This document shows positions 12,999 through 27,484 of a stretch of DNA of 55,990 nucleotides, one piece after another (the stretch's first letter is position 1; every line of letters begins with the position of its first letter). Both the position numbers and the translations under genes were made by a program. The notes under the pieces are model-generated. The model worked only from the letters and a program-made list of their open reading frames with translations. It made no database searches and was not told the origin of the DNA. The DNA comes from Girardia tigrina (taxonomy: Eukaryota): assembly GCA_001938485.1 (NCBI GenBank), contig MQRK01231190.1, positions 6,837-62,826 of the forward strand, given 5' to 3'.

Positions 12999-14270
12999 CA
13001 CAAAATTCTAAATGAGTTATAAACAAAAACCACATAAAATTTTTTGTTTTAATAATTATTTATTTAAAAATTTTTAAAATTATTTCATTTTGTTCATTGT
13101 TGTTGGCAATATTGGCATGCACGACAATTAACACTTCAGCAACGAATTTTTATAGTAAAACAGTGGATAAAGCATGATAGAAATTCAAGAGCTGTAGCTG
13201 CAGCATTTGCAAAAGAGTATCCTAATGACNCTCCTCCATCTTGACAATCAATGCATGTTTTGGCTAAAAAGTTTCACGAGACCGGCTTTGTAACCGACAA
13301 GAAAAGAAGCGGGCGCCCTAATAATATGAATACCGATGAAAATAAAGAAAATGTTAGAACTTTCTATCATAATGCGCCATCAACATCTGCAGTTCGTGCA
13401 ATTTTGCAGTTGCATATACCACACACAAGTTTACGTAGAATAATGAAGGACATTGAGTTGAAAGTTTGGTGACCTCGTTTGCTCCATCAAATGAATGATG
13501 ACGATTATGACAGGCGTATAGAACTTTGCGATTGGTTAAATCAACAACTCCATGAGAACATTGACATCAGGGACAGAATTATTTGGACCGACGAAGCTTC
13601 AAGTTGAATGGTCACGTTAATTTGCATAATGTCGTGTACTACTCCACTGAGAATTCTCATCTGGTATGGAAGACCAACAATCTTTCTCCAGGAATTTGTG
13701 TGTGGGGAGGAATACGTTCAACTGGTGTACTGGGTCCATACTTCATTGATGGAACGGTCGATTCTCAGCTATATCCCGACATGCTGTGTGATTTTGCCGT
13801 ACCTCAACTTGACACAGATAACGACGTTTGGATGTAAGACGGTGCTCCCCCTCATTATGGTAGAAATGTACGCGACTTTTTGGATAACACTTTTGAGATG
13901 TGGATCGGCAAGAGAGGAACTACTGAATGGCCTCCACGATCACCGGACCTGACACCTTGTGATTATTCAATGTGGGGTATCCTGAAGGAACGCGTTTACT
14001 CACAAAATGTTCTAACCATATCCGAGTTGAAGGAAAGAATTACTACAGAATTTTTAACCTTGAACAACGATAAAGACTTGTGCCGACGAATCTGTCACTC
14101 TGTTCAGAAAAGAATCCAGTTGTGCATTAAATCTGAAGGATAACACTTTGAAGATAAGATTTAATTGTTTTCAAGTTTTTGTTTTGAAATTATTATTGTA
14201 AAGTTGTATCATTTAGAATTTTATGTTTATTATTATTAAAACTGGGTTAAGCGACTTATGGCCACCCCTG
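12999..14270 (+). mobile_element. rosa/DD41D-family Tc1/mariner element, degenerate; left TIR lost
   Basis: Transposase ~13117-14164: KKRSGRP, IIWTDEASFKLNGHVN, DGAPPHY, WPPRSPDLTPCDY (40 residues between second and third D). Right end ...GGCCACCCCTG followed by TA. Confidence 0.9.
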
Positions 14271-15754
14271 TATTTATTTGTGATATATTCATTTTATCAT
14301 TTAATAATTCCAATTAAGATCATCGTGTTAATAATTACATTGAACGGGAGAGAACAGCATACTCAACAAATTTCAATCAACACACATTAATTATCAGACA
14401 AACGCCTCACAAGCGGTAAAAGCGAAAGATATATTTGATGTAGGGAATATTTCATTGACGATGATTGTTGATCGAAGTCTTAGTTTCGAAAGTAACCCGA
14501 TATGGCAAGTAAAAGACATGGAACATGTTTCAATTTGGTCGCAGGTTGGACATTAAGTGAATGCATAGATGAGTCATTTGAATCAAGGAGATGATAGATT
14601 TGTTTCCATTAAAATCGCTGATTATATCAGTGAGAAGTTTGTGAAAATTCAAGAACCCCTTTTATCTTCCCTCTAGCTTGTAATGGCTGCTGAAAGTCTA
14701 GCCTTTCTGCGTGGAATATGGAAGATTAGAAGTAAGGATTTTACAGCAAATAACCCTTTCGGTGATACCATTTACGAATGTATCTTTGTAACGTTTTTCT
14801 TTTGTTCTTTAGAGAAACATATGCCCTATATTATGGTCAAATTGTCAGGCCCAGATTTTAAAATATAGTACAAAACTGTGACCCAGACATATATTTGTTT
14901 AAGAATGAATTAAAAAATATTATTGACATAACTCATAAATATTTCATTGGGTGAAAGACGATTTTTGAAGTTTTGAGGGATCTACTTAATCTAAAAAAGG
15001 ATTTGATGTTCCATAGACAACAATATACGATTATCTAAGATCTTTTAATTAATTTATTATTGATTTTGTTATTTTAACATAGTTCCGAAAAGTATTAAAA
15101 ATGATAAAATCGTTAGTTTTATATTCATATTTTCGATTCTCCTAACTTAAGAATTGTACTTAAAAAGTTTTCATAATCCTTAGAATGATACGAGTAAAGT
15201 AAGTAATTTTCATATTACTTCATTTAGGTCATGGAAACATTTCCATCACATCCCTATAAAAATGAATCACAAGTATAATATGCATAAAAATGATGTACAT
15301 CAAATTGCGCTTTATGTTTCCTTGAAGCATTTTGTAAACAAATATTTTATATATTCAACAATCTTCAATTAAAAAAAACTAAATTTTCTTTAATCTTTTA
15401 ATTGCGGCGAAATTTTACAGACGACGAAAGAAAAAATAGGTAAGAACGACTGTCGACAATAAGCAATTTTATGACATTAATAATTCCATCGCTTTAGTTT
15501 ACGTTTTTTATTTGTCGTCTGACTACATTTATTTATTTTATTTATTTATCAGTTTATCTTACGTGGCACAAATTTTGCTGCTTTAGATAGGTTTTTGGGA
15601 AAGAATATGCAGCGAGAGGTAAAAGAACAAGGACCATTTAAATAAGTATAAAAAGAAATTAAAAATTTGTAAATTAAATTATCAATTTTCATATTTTTTT
15701 AATAATATTATATATATTGAAAATATAATTTGATTAAAGCTTCTTTTATATAAT

Positions 15755-15800
15755 TATTGGACATGTTTCGATGTTTACATACATCATCATCAGTAATATT
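15755..15800 (-). ncRNA. Minimal hammerhead ribozyme in Penelope pseudo-LTR
   Basis: Minus strand UAUUA-CUGAUGA-U-GAUGU(AUGUAA)ACAUC-GAAA-CAUG-UC-CAAUA; canonical core, GUC cleavage triplet, palindromic CAUG. Confidence 0.85.
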
Positions 15801-15944
15801 TGGAAATTTAGTATTTTAATGTTTGAATTTTTTTATTAATACGATTTTAAAAGGTATATTAAGTTTAAATGGAAAATTTTTCAGTGAATATTATAATTTA
15901 TTAAATTATTATTGGGTAATAATGGCAAAATATATTTTAATTAA

Positions 15945-17596
15945 AAATTTCAAGTATTGAAATAACCTTACTTTGCCCATTCTGAATGTTAATTGATGGG
16001 TTGTAGTGTCTTATTAGTAGAGATTCACAAAACTGTCGTTCGTAATGTGAATCGAGTCCCTTTTGTAGAACAGAAAACTCATCTTTTGAAATGGATGAAG
16101 TTCTATCCCCGCAACATAATCAACGATCAAGAAACTTACTCGATCGACTCATTTGGAAGTACTCACTAATCCGAGTTTTGGCACTCATGACAATTAAATT
16201 TATATACCAGATTAGATTGCAAACCACAAACTGTTTTCGATTTATTTGAGAGGAAACATTGACCTTTAGATGTGACAGAGACTACTTTTGCACTACTTAT
16301 TGTTCTACAAATACTCTTCTTAAACGCTCTAAATCCTTCTGATTATGGAATTTTAATGATTTTTTTTGTATTCTTCAGTATTTTCATCTTTTAATTGTTT
16401 CTTAACTCGTGTATTTGTATATAATTTGTCTAATGTTATCCTAATGTTGTGTTCTATTTGCTTGTTTGTATACATAGTGTCCCTTAAGCGCCCTCTAAGA
16501 ATATTTAAACCCTGATTTGCAATTTCAAAAGTGGACAACAAATTCAAAACTCTGTGAACAAGGCCTTTTATCATACTTACTCTATATTATTCCCCACAAA
16601 AACTCTGTGGTGTTGTGTAAAACCTGTATTTGTTGCCTTTCTGAATAATTCAATTTTATAGCCTCCATTCATCCTAGTGACAAGAATGTCCAGAAAAGGA
16701 AGTTTATTGTCTACTTCGAATTCTGTGATAAATTTAATATTAGGATGAAGACCATTCATGAATGTTAGGAATGATTCTATAAAGGATTGATTTCCGAAAA
16801 CCAAAAAGACATCATCTACATATCTCTTGTACAACACAGGTTTTTCACCAAGGTATGTTTTCATTTTTTCAACAAGCGACTTCATAAAACTTGATGCTAA
16901 AGTTTGTGCTAATGGGGAACTCGTTGCGATACCGTCTTTCTGAATGTACCATGCATCATTAAAAAGAAAAGACACATTTTTAGCACAAAATATAAAAAGT
17001 TCTTACAGTGCCTGTTTGTTCATTATTTTATTCACAGAGTTAGAGTTGTCATCCAATATTTTTCATACAAATCAATGATTTCATCGATGGCTACGCTCGT
17101 GAATAAACTGCAAACATCAAATGAGACCATACATTCAGAATCACATTTCGGTACCTGATTCAAAATGAAATCATTGAAGTCAAAGTTATCCCTAATATCA
17201 AAATCATTTGAAATTAAAGGACTCAATAGTGAATCAAGAACCTTCGCGACTCTGTACTGAACCGTGTCAATCATTGATAAAACAGGGCGGAGTGGATGAC
17301 CAGCTTTATGTATTTTAGTTAATCCATACAATTTAGCTGGCTGTGAACCCTTACACGTCAAAAGATTTTTCAAATTTCTGATCGATTCTTTTACTCTTAA
17401 GGAGACGCTTTAAAATATCCTTTAATTCGGTTTCATTATTCGTCGGTAACGGTTTACTATTTTCTTTCAAATTTAATTTACTGAATTTATCTGTTCCTAA
17501 TATGTCATTCATTTTACTTATGTAATCTGATGTGTTAAGTATGACGAGACTGTTACCTTTATCAAATTTTGTAATAATTGAGAAGTTTTGATTCAT
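15945..17596 (-). mobile_element. Penelope-like retroelement (RT plus partly deleted GIY-YIG), degenerate
   Basis: KFDKGNSLVILN, LYGLTKIHKAGHPLRPVLS, SFDVCSLFTSV, QKDGIATSSPLA, YKRYVDDVF, LPFLDILV, SNLVYKFNCHEC. Confidence 0.93.
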
Positions 17597-19019
17597 TAAA
17601 TTAGGCTTTTACGAACTAAAATTGAATATTTGCAATTTAACGCGAATTTGAATTAATCGAGTCACGTACACAATTTATTTCAAAAATTTTCGTTATCAAC
17701 TAATAAGATTTAAATGGCTCAATTTAAACAAAATTTGACCTTGAATTAATTTTTCAATGATAATAATAATTAAATTAAATGTTTTTTACAATTATAATTT
17801 GATAATTAATTGGTTCATTTTGAATCTTCCAATAATTATGTCCTTCTTTTTCCATAAATCCTTTATTTTTTTTCTTCATTAATTTTCATTTTCTTATTGT
17901 TATTAATATAAGTATTTGTAACCTTTTTCAATTCAAATTGTGATGTTGTTAATATTGGTGATAATTGATTTTTTAATTTTCGTGTACGTGACAAATGAAG
18001 TTTAAAATTATTGGTTTTGATTAAAAATTAATTAAACCATTAAATACAATTAACTCCATTATAAAATTTTAAATCATTTCGGCTAAGAAAAATTATTCTA
18101 CTGTTGATATTCATACTTTACAATTTTGATTGAAAATATTTTTGAAGACTAAAGGCACAATAAACTGGCCCATTAATGACTGGTTTTATTCGGAAATTGA
18201 TAAATCACAAAATGCAAAAATATGTTTGCTCAATAGCAAATGTGTCTTATAGTGATAGAATTTAATGATAACCTCCAGATATCCCTTAATGTTTCTGAAA
18301 TGAAAATTTATAATCATAATTCCTGTCTGTATTATCCATGGAGGGACCCAACCCTATGGGCCCAAGTGCTCCGGAACCGCAACTCAAACCATAATAATTA
18401 TTATGATTGCTACTATGTATAATTTTTGAAATAATTAGTTTCCTTAATTTTATAAAAATCTCAAATGTACTCAAGATTTATTTTAAATCAATATTTAAGA
18501 ATTTAAATTTTTTTAAACAAAATCTAATGTATTTAAAAATTTTTTTTAATAAATATCAATGAATTAAGAAATTATTTGCAATATATAATCTTTTTAAAAT
18601 TAAATGTAAATGCATTTTACAAATACCTTTCACAAGAATAATTCTTCAAAAATATCCAGCTGTCCGAATGAAAAATTTGGTACCCAACAATGAAAACACC
18701 AGGATCATTCATTATTGTGAAAATTATCGGAAAAATGACAAAATCTTTTATTTAGATTATTTTATATTTATCAAAGAAATTTTAAAATTCCAGAAAAATA
18801 TTACAAAGAAATACATAAATTTAAAACATTTTAGATATTGGCTTTTATTCTTTTTAATATTGTATTAAAACTATGGAAAACTAGAATAATTCGATAATAA
18901 CTCAAATAATTATTTAATCAGCAAAATTCGTTTTTAAATAAAAAATGATCGTCTCTTAAATCTCGGAAAAATTGGTTTTATTTTAATCAAAATTTTAATC
19001 ATGCGCTTTCATATATGTA

Positions 19020-19177
19020 CAGTTGAACCTGTTTAATCCGTCCGTCTTCAATTCGGCATGTCTGTAAATAACCATTTTTCAATCACGGTATTTGTTGTGA
19101 CTCTCTCTATTCCGCAAACTTTATATTCCGGCATATTTTCAAATCACCGGCTATGCCAAAATAGCCAGGTTCTACTG
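19020..19177. mobile_element. pogo/Tigger-like MITE, 158 bp
   Basis: TA-CAGTTGAACCTG ... CAGGTTCTACTG-TA. Confidence 0.8.
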
Positions 19178-19299
19178 TATTCACACTGAAATTTACATTT
19201 TGTCATTGGAATGTTCACTTACAATCAATGACAATCAATTTCATTTCCATATCGTTTCGTTTTCGTATTATCCGTTAATTTTTCTGTCATATTGAAAAA

Positions 19300-19372
19300 A
19301 TGTTCTGTGCAACAAAAACACGCAAGGCCGACACGATTGCCGAAAAACTTGAAATTTGAAAACGTCTAAAAT
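19300..19372 (+). pseudogene. pogo/Tigger CENP-B-type HTH start fragment
   Basis: MFCATKTRKADTIAEKLEI*KRLK resembles the pogo N-terminus pattern KRKxLTIxEKLEII. Confidence 0.5.
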
Positions 19373-19910
19373 AAGAAAGTATTTATAAAAGTAAAATATT
19401 GAGTTAACAGTAAAAAAAATTTAGTCGACTATTTTTTTCTTTTTTTCTCATTCTTTTCTTATATATTTGACGCATTCTTATTTGTCATATGAAAAAGTGG
19501 TCGAAGTAACACTTACATGAATCTTGACAGTATAATTACTAATGAGGAACATCACCGTCGTGCAACTCATTGACTAAATTAACTACAGTAACAAGTACAC
19601 TAAATCATTCCTCACACCACTTAGACCCTACCAAACTAAACAATTCCGAAACACTGAATACCAAAAAATCGAGTGATTCGCTTGCTCTCTAATGGTGCAC
19701 GACCGGAATAAAGACAAAAAGAGTTCCGAGGCCGAATAATATTGGTTTAAAATAATGACTGAAGGAGAAACAGCTAACGGAAACGGTTAAATGTAGAGTT
19801 TTAAAAATTATTATTCAAATTAAAATATAAAAATTTAAATTCTTTGTAATCATGATAAAACGATGCTGGAGTCATTGTACTAGCTATTTATCGTATTAAA
19901 TAACGTTGTA

Positions 19911-20358
19911 CAGGGTGCGGCAGTTATTTAAAAACTAACTGCATAGGCGTCACACTTTCCTGTGTGTTTTTTTTGTTGCAGGTAACCATGGCAGAAACTA
20001 CTCTTGCATAAGAAATTAAGAGGCATGTAGTTATTTTACTTTTGTCGGCACGACACACCAATTCAGAAACTGCTGCATTCTTGAAAGTTACCCTATGATT
20101 TTTATTCAAAGTTTCGAAAAAAATGCGAACTGCAAAAAGTTATGTGGCTGAAGTTTTCAAGCGGAAACGACATTGTCGACGTTTTGAAAGTACATGACCC
20201 AAGATTTTTAAAGCCAAGTCCAAGTTGATATCGAAGAGAACCCTAGGATGTCGATGATTGTTCAAGCTAGAGAGCTGCAGGTTGATGATACAATCGTCCG
20301 ACGTGTGGCTGGTGAAGGTCTGCGTTTCAAATCATACGTGATGCGGAGAGGATAGTAC
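19911..20358 (+). mobile_element. 5' part of a maT/DD37D-like Tc1/mariner element
   Basis: TA-CAGGGTGCGGCAG terminus; frame from 19988 reads EIKRHVVILLLSARHTNSETAAFLKV...IEENPRMSM..ARELQVDDTIVRRV..EGLRFKSY. Confidence 0.75.
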
Positions 20359-21579
20359 TCTGTGTATGCATTTGTATTGAACCATTAGTACTAAATTTTG
20401 AAGTTCTTTTTAGTTTTTAGATACACTTCATCTAAAGGATTGATATGCAAAAGATTATTTTTTTATTCGAATTAATCATTAAAATAAAGTTTTTACTTTC
20501 CTATTTTTTTCAAACTTATAATTTCAACTAAACTTTTACATTATATCAATTTAATTAAAAATAATAATAATTAATAAATTCAAAGTAATTAAAATAAAAA
20601 TTTTTCGACCAATTGAAAAATAAATTATTAATTAAATATTGATAGAAAAAACATCATTAATAATAAAAAAGGAATAAATTTTTGTTGAGCCCGTGACGGA
20701 AAGACTGTACACAATAATGCCTCAGAAGGAGACAGAAAAATGACAGAAGAAATCAAAATAATGAAAATCAGAATTTTGTTCCTTTAAAAAGGAATTAATT
20801 CTGATTTTTAATTAATTAAATTGTTTATTAAATATTTGAAATAATTAAAAAAAAATCGTATTTCACTTAAAATTAAATGAAAATTATTACTGAAATTATC
20901 AAAAAAAGATTGTTTTATGACTTTCATTTTAAAATTTGATGGAGAAAAATCAAATTTTTTTTCTTTTTTAGGGAATGAAAGAAAATAATTTCACAGCAAT
21001 CAATTTAGGAGTTATTGAGTCTATTTTTATTGGATTTCTATCAAGAAAATATGGACGAGATATGAATTATTAATGAATTCTTAAATGACAGCCCGTTATT
21101 GTTTTATTTGTTCCGATAAATGTTCATCTCCATATTTCGCTTAGTTTAATTGCTGTTGAGAAATGTCACTGAGTACTTTTAGGTTTGAGAGTCATGACTT
21201 AATTTTCGTTCTCAGCTTATCTTTTGGATTTGACGAATCTGCAATAAAACATTAGTGAAAGATTGACTAATCTTGGAACATGAGGCGCAAATTTTAAAAC
21301 AATCTACTGGAATTTAGCAATATATTTATAGTCAATTAATTTCGACAGTTCAATCGCCATCTTCAGATCACGGCCACTCAATGACGGCCATCTTTAGACA
21401 TTGACTGATTGTATAACATGTTGTGTAATTATAACTTTACTGATCGTAAGTTAGGTTTTTCATAAATATAACGACATTTTTCATAAATAAATAAAAAATA
21501 ATTAAAAATTAACATCTATAAAAATATAGAAAGAAACTGCCAAACAATATTTATAAATAAATTTACATCAAATATTTTA

Positions 21580-22470
21580 ATCGTAAAATTAACTTTGCTG
21601 CATGTTGTTTATCAAATTCACGGTTTCCCAAAAATGCCGATAATATTGACAATATATTGTAAAATCCTGTAAGTTTAAACAGTCGAAATATTTAAATTAA
21701 GAATATTTCGTGAATTTGCTTTCGGTCTTATTCGATCTAAACTTGATTTAATTGTTGAAAAAACATTTTCAATAGGATTTATATCGAGACTATATGCAGA
21801 CAAAAATACAATTTCGATATTTTTCTGAATACAAAAGTCTGCAATCTCGGCACATTGATGAAACCTAATATTATCAAAAACAAGAACTGCGTTTTCAACA
21901 AAGACTTCGCGCTCATAACACTCGTTTAGAAATATTTCGCTATTATATGCATCATAAACGAGTTTTAAATGCTCGATTCGATTTGTCGATATTATTGAAC
22001 ACAAAGAATCGTTTCTTCCTTGTGATTTTGGTTAGTACAGAATCGCCTCTTCTGACACAGGACTATAAGCATAATTTGTTTATGTGTGTAAATTGAAGCC
22101 CGATTCGTCCAAAAACAATATTCTCCTTCGAGTCATACCCAACACGTTAGCACAAAATGTCTGTCTTGCGTTTCGATTCTCATCCGTAACTCGAACAAGT
22201 GATATTTCTTGAGTCATTTTCGAGTAAGATTGACTGTTTTCATTTCCCGATACATTTGGGAAACGGAAATTGGTGATTGTAGAAGATCTTTACATGCCTG
22301 TAAAGGTAAACAACTATCGTTTTCCATAATGCTTCGAACCTCCACATGTACCTGGTTTTTGTTTATGATTTTTCCTCCCGCCATTTTATATAAATTATCT
22401 TATTTTGTATCATCTTCGTCGTATTCCGTAATCTTTTTTATTGCGATATATACGAAACTACGACCCAATA
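21580..22470 (-). pseudogene. IS630/Tc1-like DD34E transposase, degenerate
   Basis: LFLDESGFNLH, VLVFDNIRFH, FLSAYSLDINPIENVFSTIK; 34 residues between D and E. Confidence 0.9.
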
Positions 22471-24594
22471 ATGTGACTATTAAGAACATTAATTGAATTT
22501 TTATTACATTTATTTGCATCACAATTTGAATTGTCACTAGAACAATTCTACTTAAAACTTGTGTAGCTTGACATCGTTCTTGATTGATAATTTTTTAATA
22601 ATATTCTTTAACGTTTATTATTTAAACAAATTTAAATTACAATTTATTTATTACAAAAATAATTTATACTTTAAATTCAAATAAATTTTATTTATTTTAA
22701 GAAAATTATTATTAAAATATTATTTATGAAATATTAACTTAATTTTAAAATTTGTTGTTTAAATTTTAATAATTGATTAAATAATCCGACGTTTTAAAAT
22801 ATTTAAAATATCAATCTTCCATCTGGGTCGGAGAAACACAATCCTAAAACAACATACCAAACAACGTACAATAAGCACTATTCAAAAATATTCCTCACAG
22901 TGACCTTACATATCTTCCACAGACATCGTCGCATATAATATTTTAATAGTAATTAACTTTTCTTCGTTCATTACTATTCTCTGTTTCCGTTGATCGTGAG
23001 TATTATATATTGTATATTGATTTTCCATTTTTATTGTATTTGAAAAATTTTAAACTTTCTATCGACCTTGTAATAAATTCAATAAAATATATCGAAAGGT
23101 TTTATATACTAGAATTTGATTTGTTTGTTTCTTAATTTTAAAAAATTAATTTTTAATTATTTTTTATTTTTTATGAAAATTTGTCCGTTTAATTTTGCAA
23201 AATAATCAAATATTTATGAAAACTTTCGATTTATATAGGAAGAACAACTGAATTATTAATCAATTTGAATTTTAATTATTAAATTTTATTAAACAATATT
23301 ACTTCAATTATGTTTTTTTAACAATTGAAATGATAAAAAAATTAACTTTTCAAAATTACGTTATTTTTCCCATGAAGATTCTTACAATACATATTAAGAA
23401 CCCTGAAATGGTTTTCAAAATGTTTACTATAACAATTCGTGTTGTTTTAAGGACAACCTTACTTGAATCAAAATTTCATTTGTAGCTAGGAGAGGGCTTA
23501 CTCTAAACTAATGAACAACATTATGTTAGGTTGTCATGAAAGTTATGCTTGTTCTTTTCTGTGCTCAATAATTCAATATTTTGTTAAACTGAATGAAGCA
23601 AGATACTTTATTTTAATCTCAAATAAGGAGCGATCTGCAGCCAGGCAGTTTGAAAAACTAACTAAATGTAGAAGCCTGAAAATCAATCTGGAAGAGTGGT
23701 TTAATAAATTTTGTTAAATTTGCGGCCTTGAAAGTATACTTATAAATGCTGCAATTATGAAATGAAGAAACAATTCCTGTAATATTGTGAATGTTAGATT
23801 ATTATAATAAACATAATATGGAAGTAATTAATTATCTTTAAAACTATAATACGATGCATAAATAATTTTCAAAGAATGATTAAAAACATTAATGAGATCT
23901 TAAAATATGACAAAAAATGTTTTATTTCATTGCTAGTTTCTTTACGGAAGACTACCCAGAACTTTGACCTCAAGGAGCAAGGCAAGGTTTTATTCTTCAA
24001 AAAATCTCATGGAACATTTTAGTCAATCATCAAAGTACAAGATATGGTACAATCAGACTGTCATTTATGAGCCAAAATAGCTTTCGTTGAGTATTTTGTT
24101 AGAAACTTTTGGTGAACTTTAAATTTTTGAATATTTAAAATCTAAAATCATATTTATAATTTAAAAAAAGGTCAAATAATTTATTTACATAAGTTTTTAG
24201 AAAAGAAATTTAAAAATGGAAAATTTAATTGAAAAGGATATTTACGGTAAATGTTAAAATAAAAAGTGAAAATAACTATTTTAGAAAAACGATTTTTAAC
24301 ATCGAAATTAAAATCGGTAATAATTTTTATAATTAATGTTTAAAATGAAACAATGAAAATAAATATTTTAGGAAATTAATTTAACATTGAAATTAAGAGC
24401 AAAAATAATTTTTATAATTAATGTTTAAAATCATATTTCGGATTAACAAAAATGTTAAAAAAATGTTTAATTTATTATACAAAACTTTTCAAAATAAAAT
24501 CAATGTTATATTATTAATTATTATATTGATATTTATATTTGGAATTTGTAAAATCTGGTTTATGCAAATTGAAAATGTGCTGTTATAATGATGG

Positions 24595-24810
24595 CAGTTT
24601 GAGGATGGCTTCTGAAGAACAGAATAAGAATTTAAAAATCGTGATGATTCCACCTAAAACTACAGGGATGTGTCAACCTTTAGATAGATATTTTTTCCTG
24701 TATACAAAAACTATTATCGTAAATTTTCAGATTTTGTGTTACTTCATTCGATTAATGTAACGCTTCACTTAAGAGATGAAATCATCACAATTCACTCTCT
24801 AATTCACATA
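24595..24810 (+). pseudogene. Tc4/Tc5-like (pogo superfamily) transposase C-terminal fragment
   Basis: IPPKTTGMCQPLDRYFF(fs)YKNYYRKFSDFVLL...LHLRDEIITIHSLIH. Confidence 0.75.
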
Positions 24811-25374
24811 CTGCACAAATATTTACTAAATGTATAAAGACATTTCAAATACATTCCAGAATCATGCATATTGGTAAATTGTTGTCTGTTGATTAAAATT
24901 TTTCTTTAAAATCAGAACAAAACATTTCAATTGATTCTAAATAGAATTTCATCAAAAGTAATTTTTATGCAACGGAAAATTACTATTACATTTTTTTATA
25001 AATTTATTTCTATTAGTAACTGTAAAAGTGGTTCTAATGGAGTAAAATGTTATATGTATTAGAAAGAAATATTTAGTGTCACGAATCTTGATCTTAATCA
25101 TTAACCCAATATTATATATTACCGAAAAAATAAATTTCAATGTTTGATAATATTTATTTTTAATTAACTACATATCTGTTAAATATGAAACAATAATTTA
25201 TTATAATTTCAACATAATAAGAGAAACTTGTATAAAATGTCTTATATCTCTTTCTCACCATTAGACTAAATCGTGATATAAAACTAAAATTATTCATAAT
25301 TAAAATTATATTTGAAATATTTTATATTTGAAACACAAAAATATAACAGATATAATTGTTTATAATGCAATTAA

Positions 25375-25608
25375 CCCTTTCCAGCCCATTGTTGCCATAT
25401 GGCAACATATTGGAAAAATTAAATTACAGTTATCTCTTTTACACAATTTAAATTTTACACATAGCAATAGTTTCTAAAAAGTCTGATAGATGACACTACA
25501 TATATTAGAATGCAAAAAAGTGCGATTCTCTCTTGTTTCTTAGCAATTTAAATCAACACTGTAACGGATATTCAATGCTCCAAAAATAATAATTTGGACT
25601 GGAAAGGG
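25375..25608. mobile_element. piggyBac-type MITE, 234 bp
   Basis: TTAA-CCCTTTCCAGCCCA ... TGGACTGGAAAGGG-TTAA; internal perfect palindrome TGTTGCCATATGGCAACA at 25390-25407. Confidence 0.92.
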
Positions 25609-26998
25609 TTAAAATAATTTGTTTTGATTATTTTCGAATATTTATTTATTTATCGATTTAATAATTAATGGAAGAGAGAGACGATTGAGGCTTTATTCAT
25701 TAATAATATCAGTAAGCCTGAAAATTAGACATTTTCAAATAGAACCTTATAACACAATTAACTTTATAAGCATCATTTTCCTATTTAAATTAACAAAAGT
25801 TATTTAGTTTGGAAATGACACTAAGTGATCCACCAACACAAATTATCAAAATAAATTAGGATAAATGTTGTTTAAAATTTTAAATTAAAAATTCCAATTA
25901 TTTTGTTAAATTTATCAAAAATACATTTTAATATGAAATTTAAACTTTATTAACTTTATTTTATCTTATTTACTAAAATTAATCATTTTAAGAACCTGTC
26001 GATTCAACATTTATAAAAATAAAAAGAAAATTAAAAACGTGTTTTCTTGAACTTTAAATAAAAAAAAGTATTTATAAAATATTTATAAAAAATATTTATA
26101 AATTATAATATTAAAAATAAAATATAAAAAATAATTAAAAATTTTCTTTTTTTTTGAAACATTTATTTAAATTAATTAAAAATTAATTCATTTTTATAAA
26201 ATGGTTAATAAAAAAAAGAAAAATTGAAAAATTTATTATGACCGAATTTTGATTGAATTTGAGAAGATTGTTTCATGTATAATATGAAGATTTGATTCGG
26301 TCAGAGAAAATATTTGTTAATGGATCAAAATTAATTAAAAATGGGCTTTGAAAAATTTAATTTGTCTTAAATTATAGGAAGAGAATAAACTGGAAAAGAA
26401 ATTAATAATTTTATGATTTAAAATATAATTTTTTGGATTAATTAAATTGAACATTTATTATAATTAAATGAAAAAATTATGAAAATGTTTCTTTTGTAAT
26501 TAATATATAATTATCATAAAATAAAAATTAAATAGAATCAAATAATGTAGATTCAAAATTTTTATAGATCATTTTGTTGATTTAACACCTTAAAATTGAT
26601 TCTTTTTTGTTAAAATCTTCGTTTTTTCTATATAACATCTGATATTAATAGATAACGATAAACATTACTTGCGGGGGTCGACAATTCTAACACAAATAAA
26701 CCTTCTCTTGACTTTCTTTCGCACTGTTAGCTCAATCGAGTGGTCTTATTAAATAACAAACGAGTTCTCAAACGATGAAAACTTTAATAAGTTCACTAAA
26801 ATTTAAATATAAATAGAAAATACTTTTTGACCACCTGAGGTGCTCACAAAATAAAATACTGCACAAAAAACAATTTAAAAATATAATAAACATTTACATT
26901 TATAAATTTGTAATAATTATAAATTTGTGTAATGAAAAAAAATTATGAAGACAGATTTTTGACGTATAATTTGAAGTTGTAAATAAGAGTGTTTTAAA

Positions 26999-27310
26999 AT
27001 GTCGTTAATTTCTTAACCAAAACTCAATCACGTTCTCCGTGTTATGAATACTGACGTTCAAGGTCAGCAACACATAGTATGTGGGCCGACTGCTATTATG
27101 ATCGTTGGACAACGATTCACTCGTGCTATTTGCAAAGAAACCGCTGTCAACATAACATGGCGTGTTGATGAAATTAGAGAAGATGAACCAAAAGATTTTG
27201 CCTCACCAACACGATCATAGAACGGTGATTCATGGATCTCAGTACAAATGGTTCAAGTTGAATCAAAAGATTGACCATCAAATTAAACAAGGTTTGAGGC
27301 AAAGAAGGAG
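26999..27310 (+). pseudogene. RPS18: 40S ribosomal protein S18 (uS13) pseudogene, no intron visible
   Basis: MSLIS*PKLNHVLRVMNTDVQGQQHIVCGPTAIMIVGQRFTRAICKETAVNITWRVDEIREDE aligns with [40 protein letters not shown]...RAGELTEDE. Confidence 0.82.
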
Positions 27311-27484
27311 GAATTTTGGTTGAAATCTAATTTTTTCAAGGGCAAATAATTCAACAATTTTACTTCTGACTTCCTCTCACAATTAGTCTTTTAAATATTT
27401 AGGTTCTAATGTTCATAAACACTTAATAGTTTTTTGATTGTTTTACTCGATATTTTTATGAATGTGGTTTGTTCTTTTTAAATC

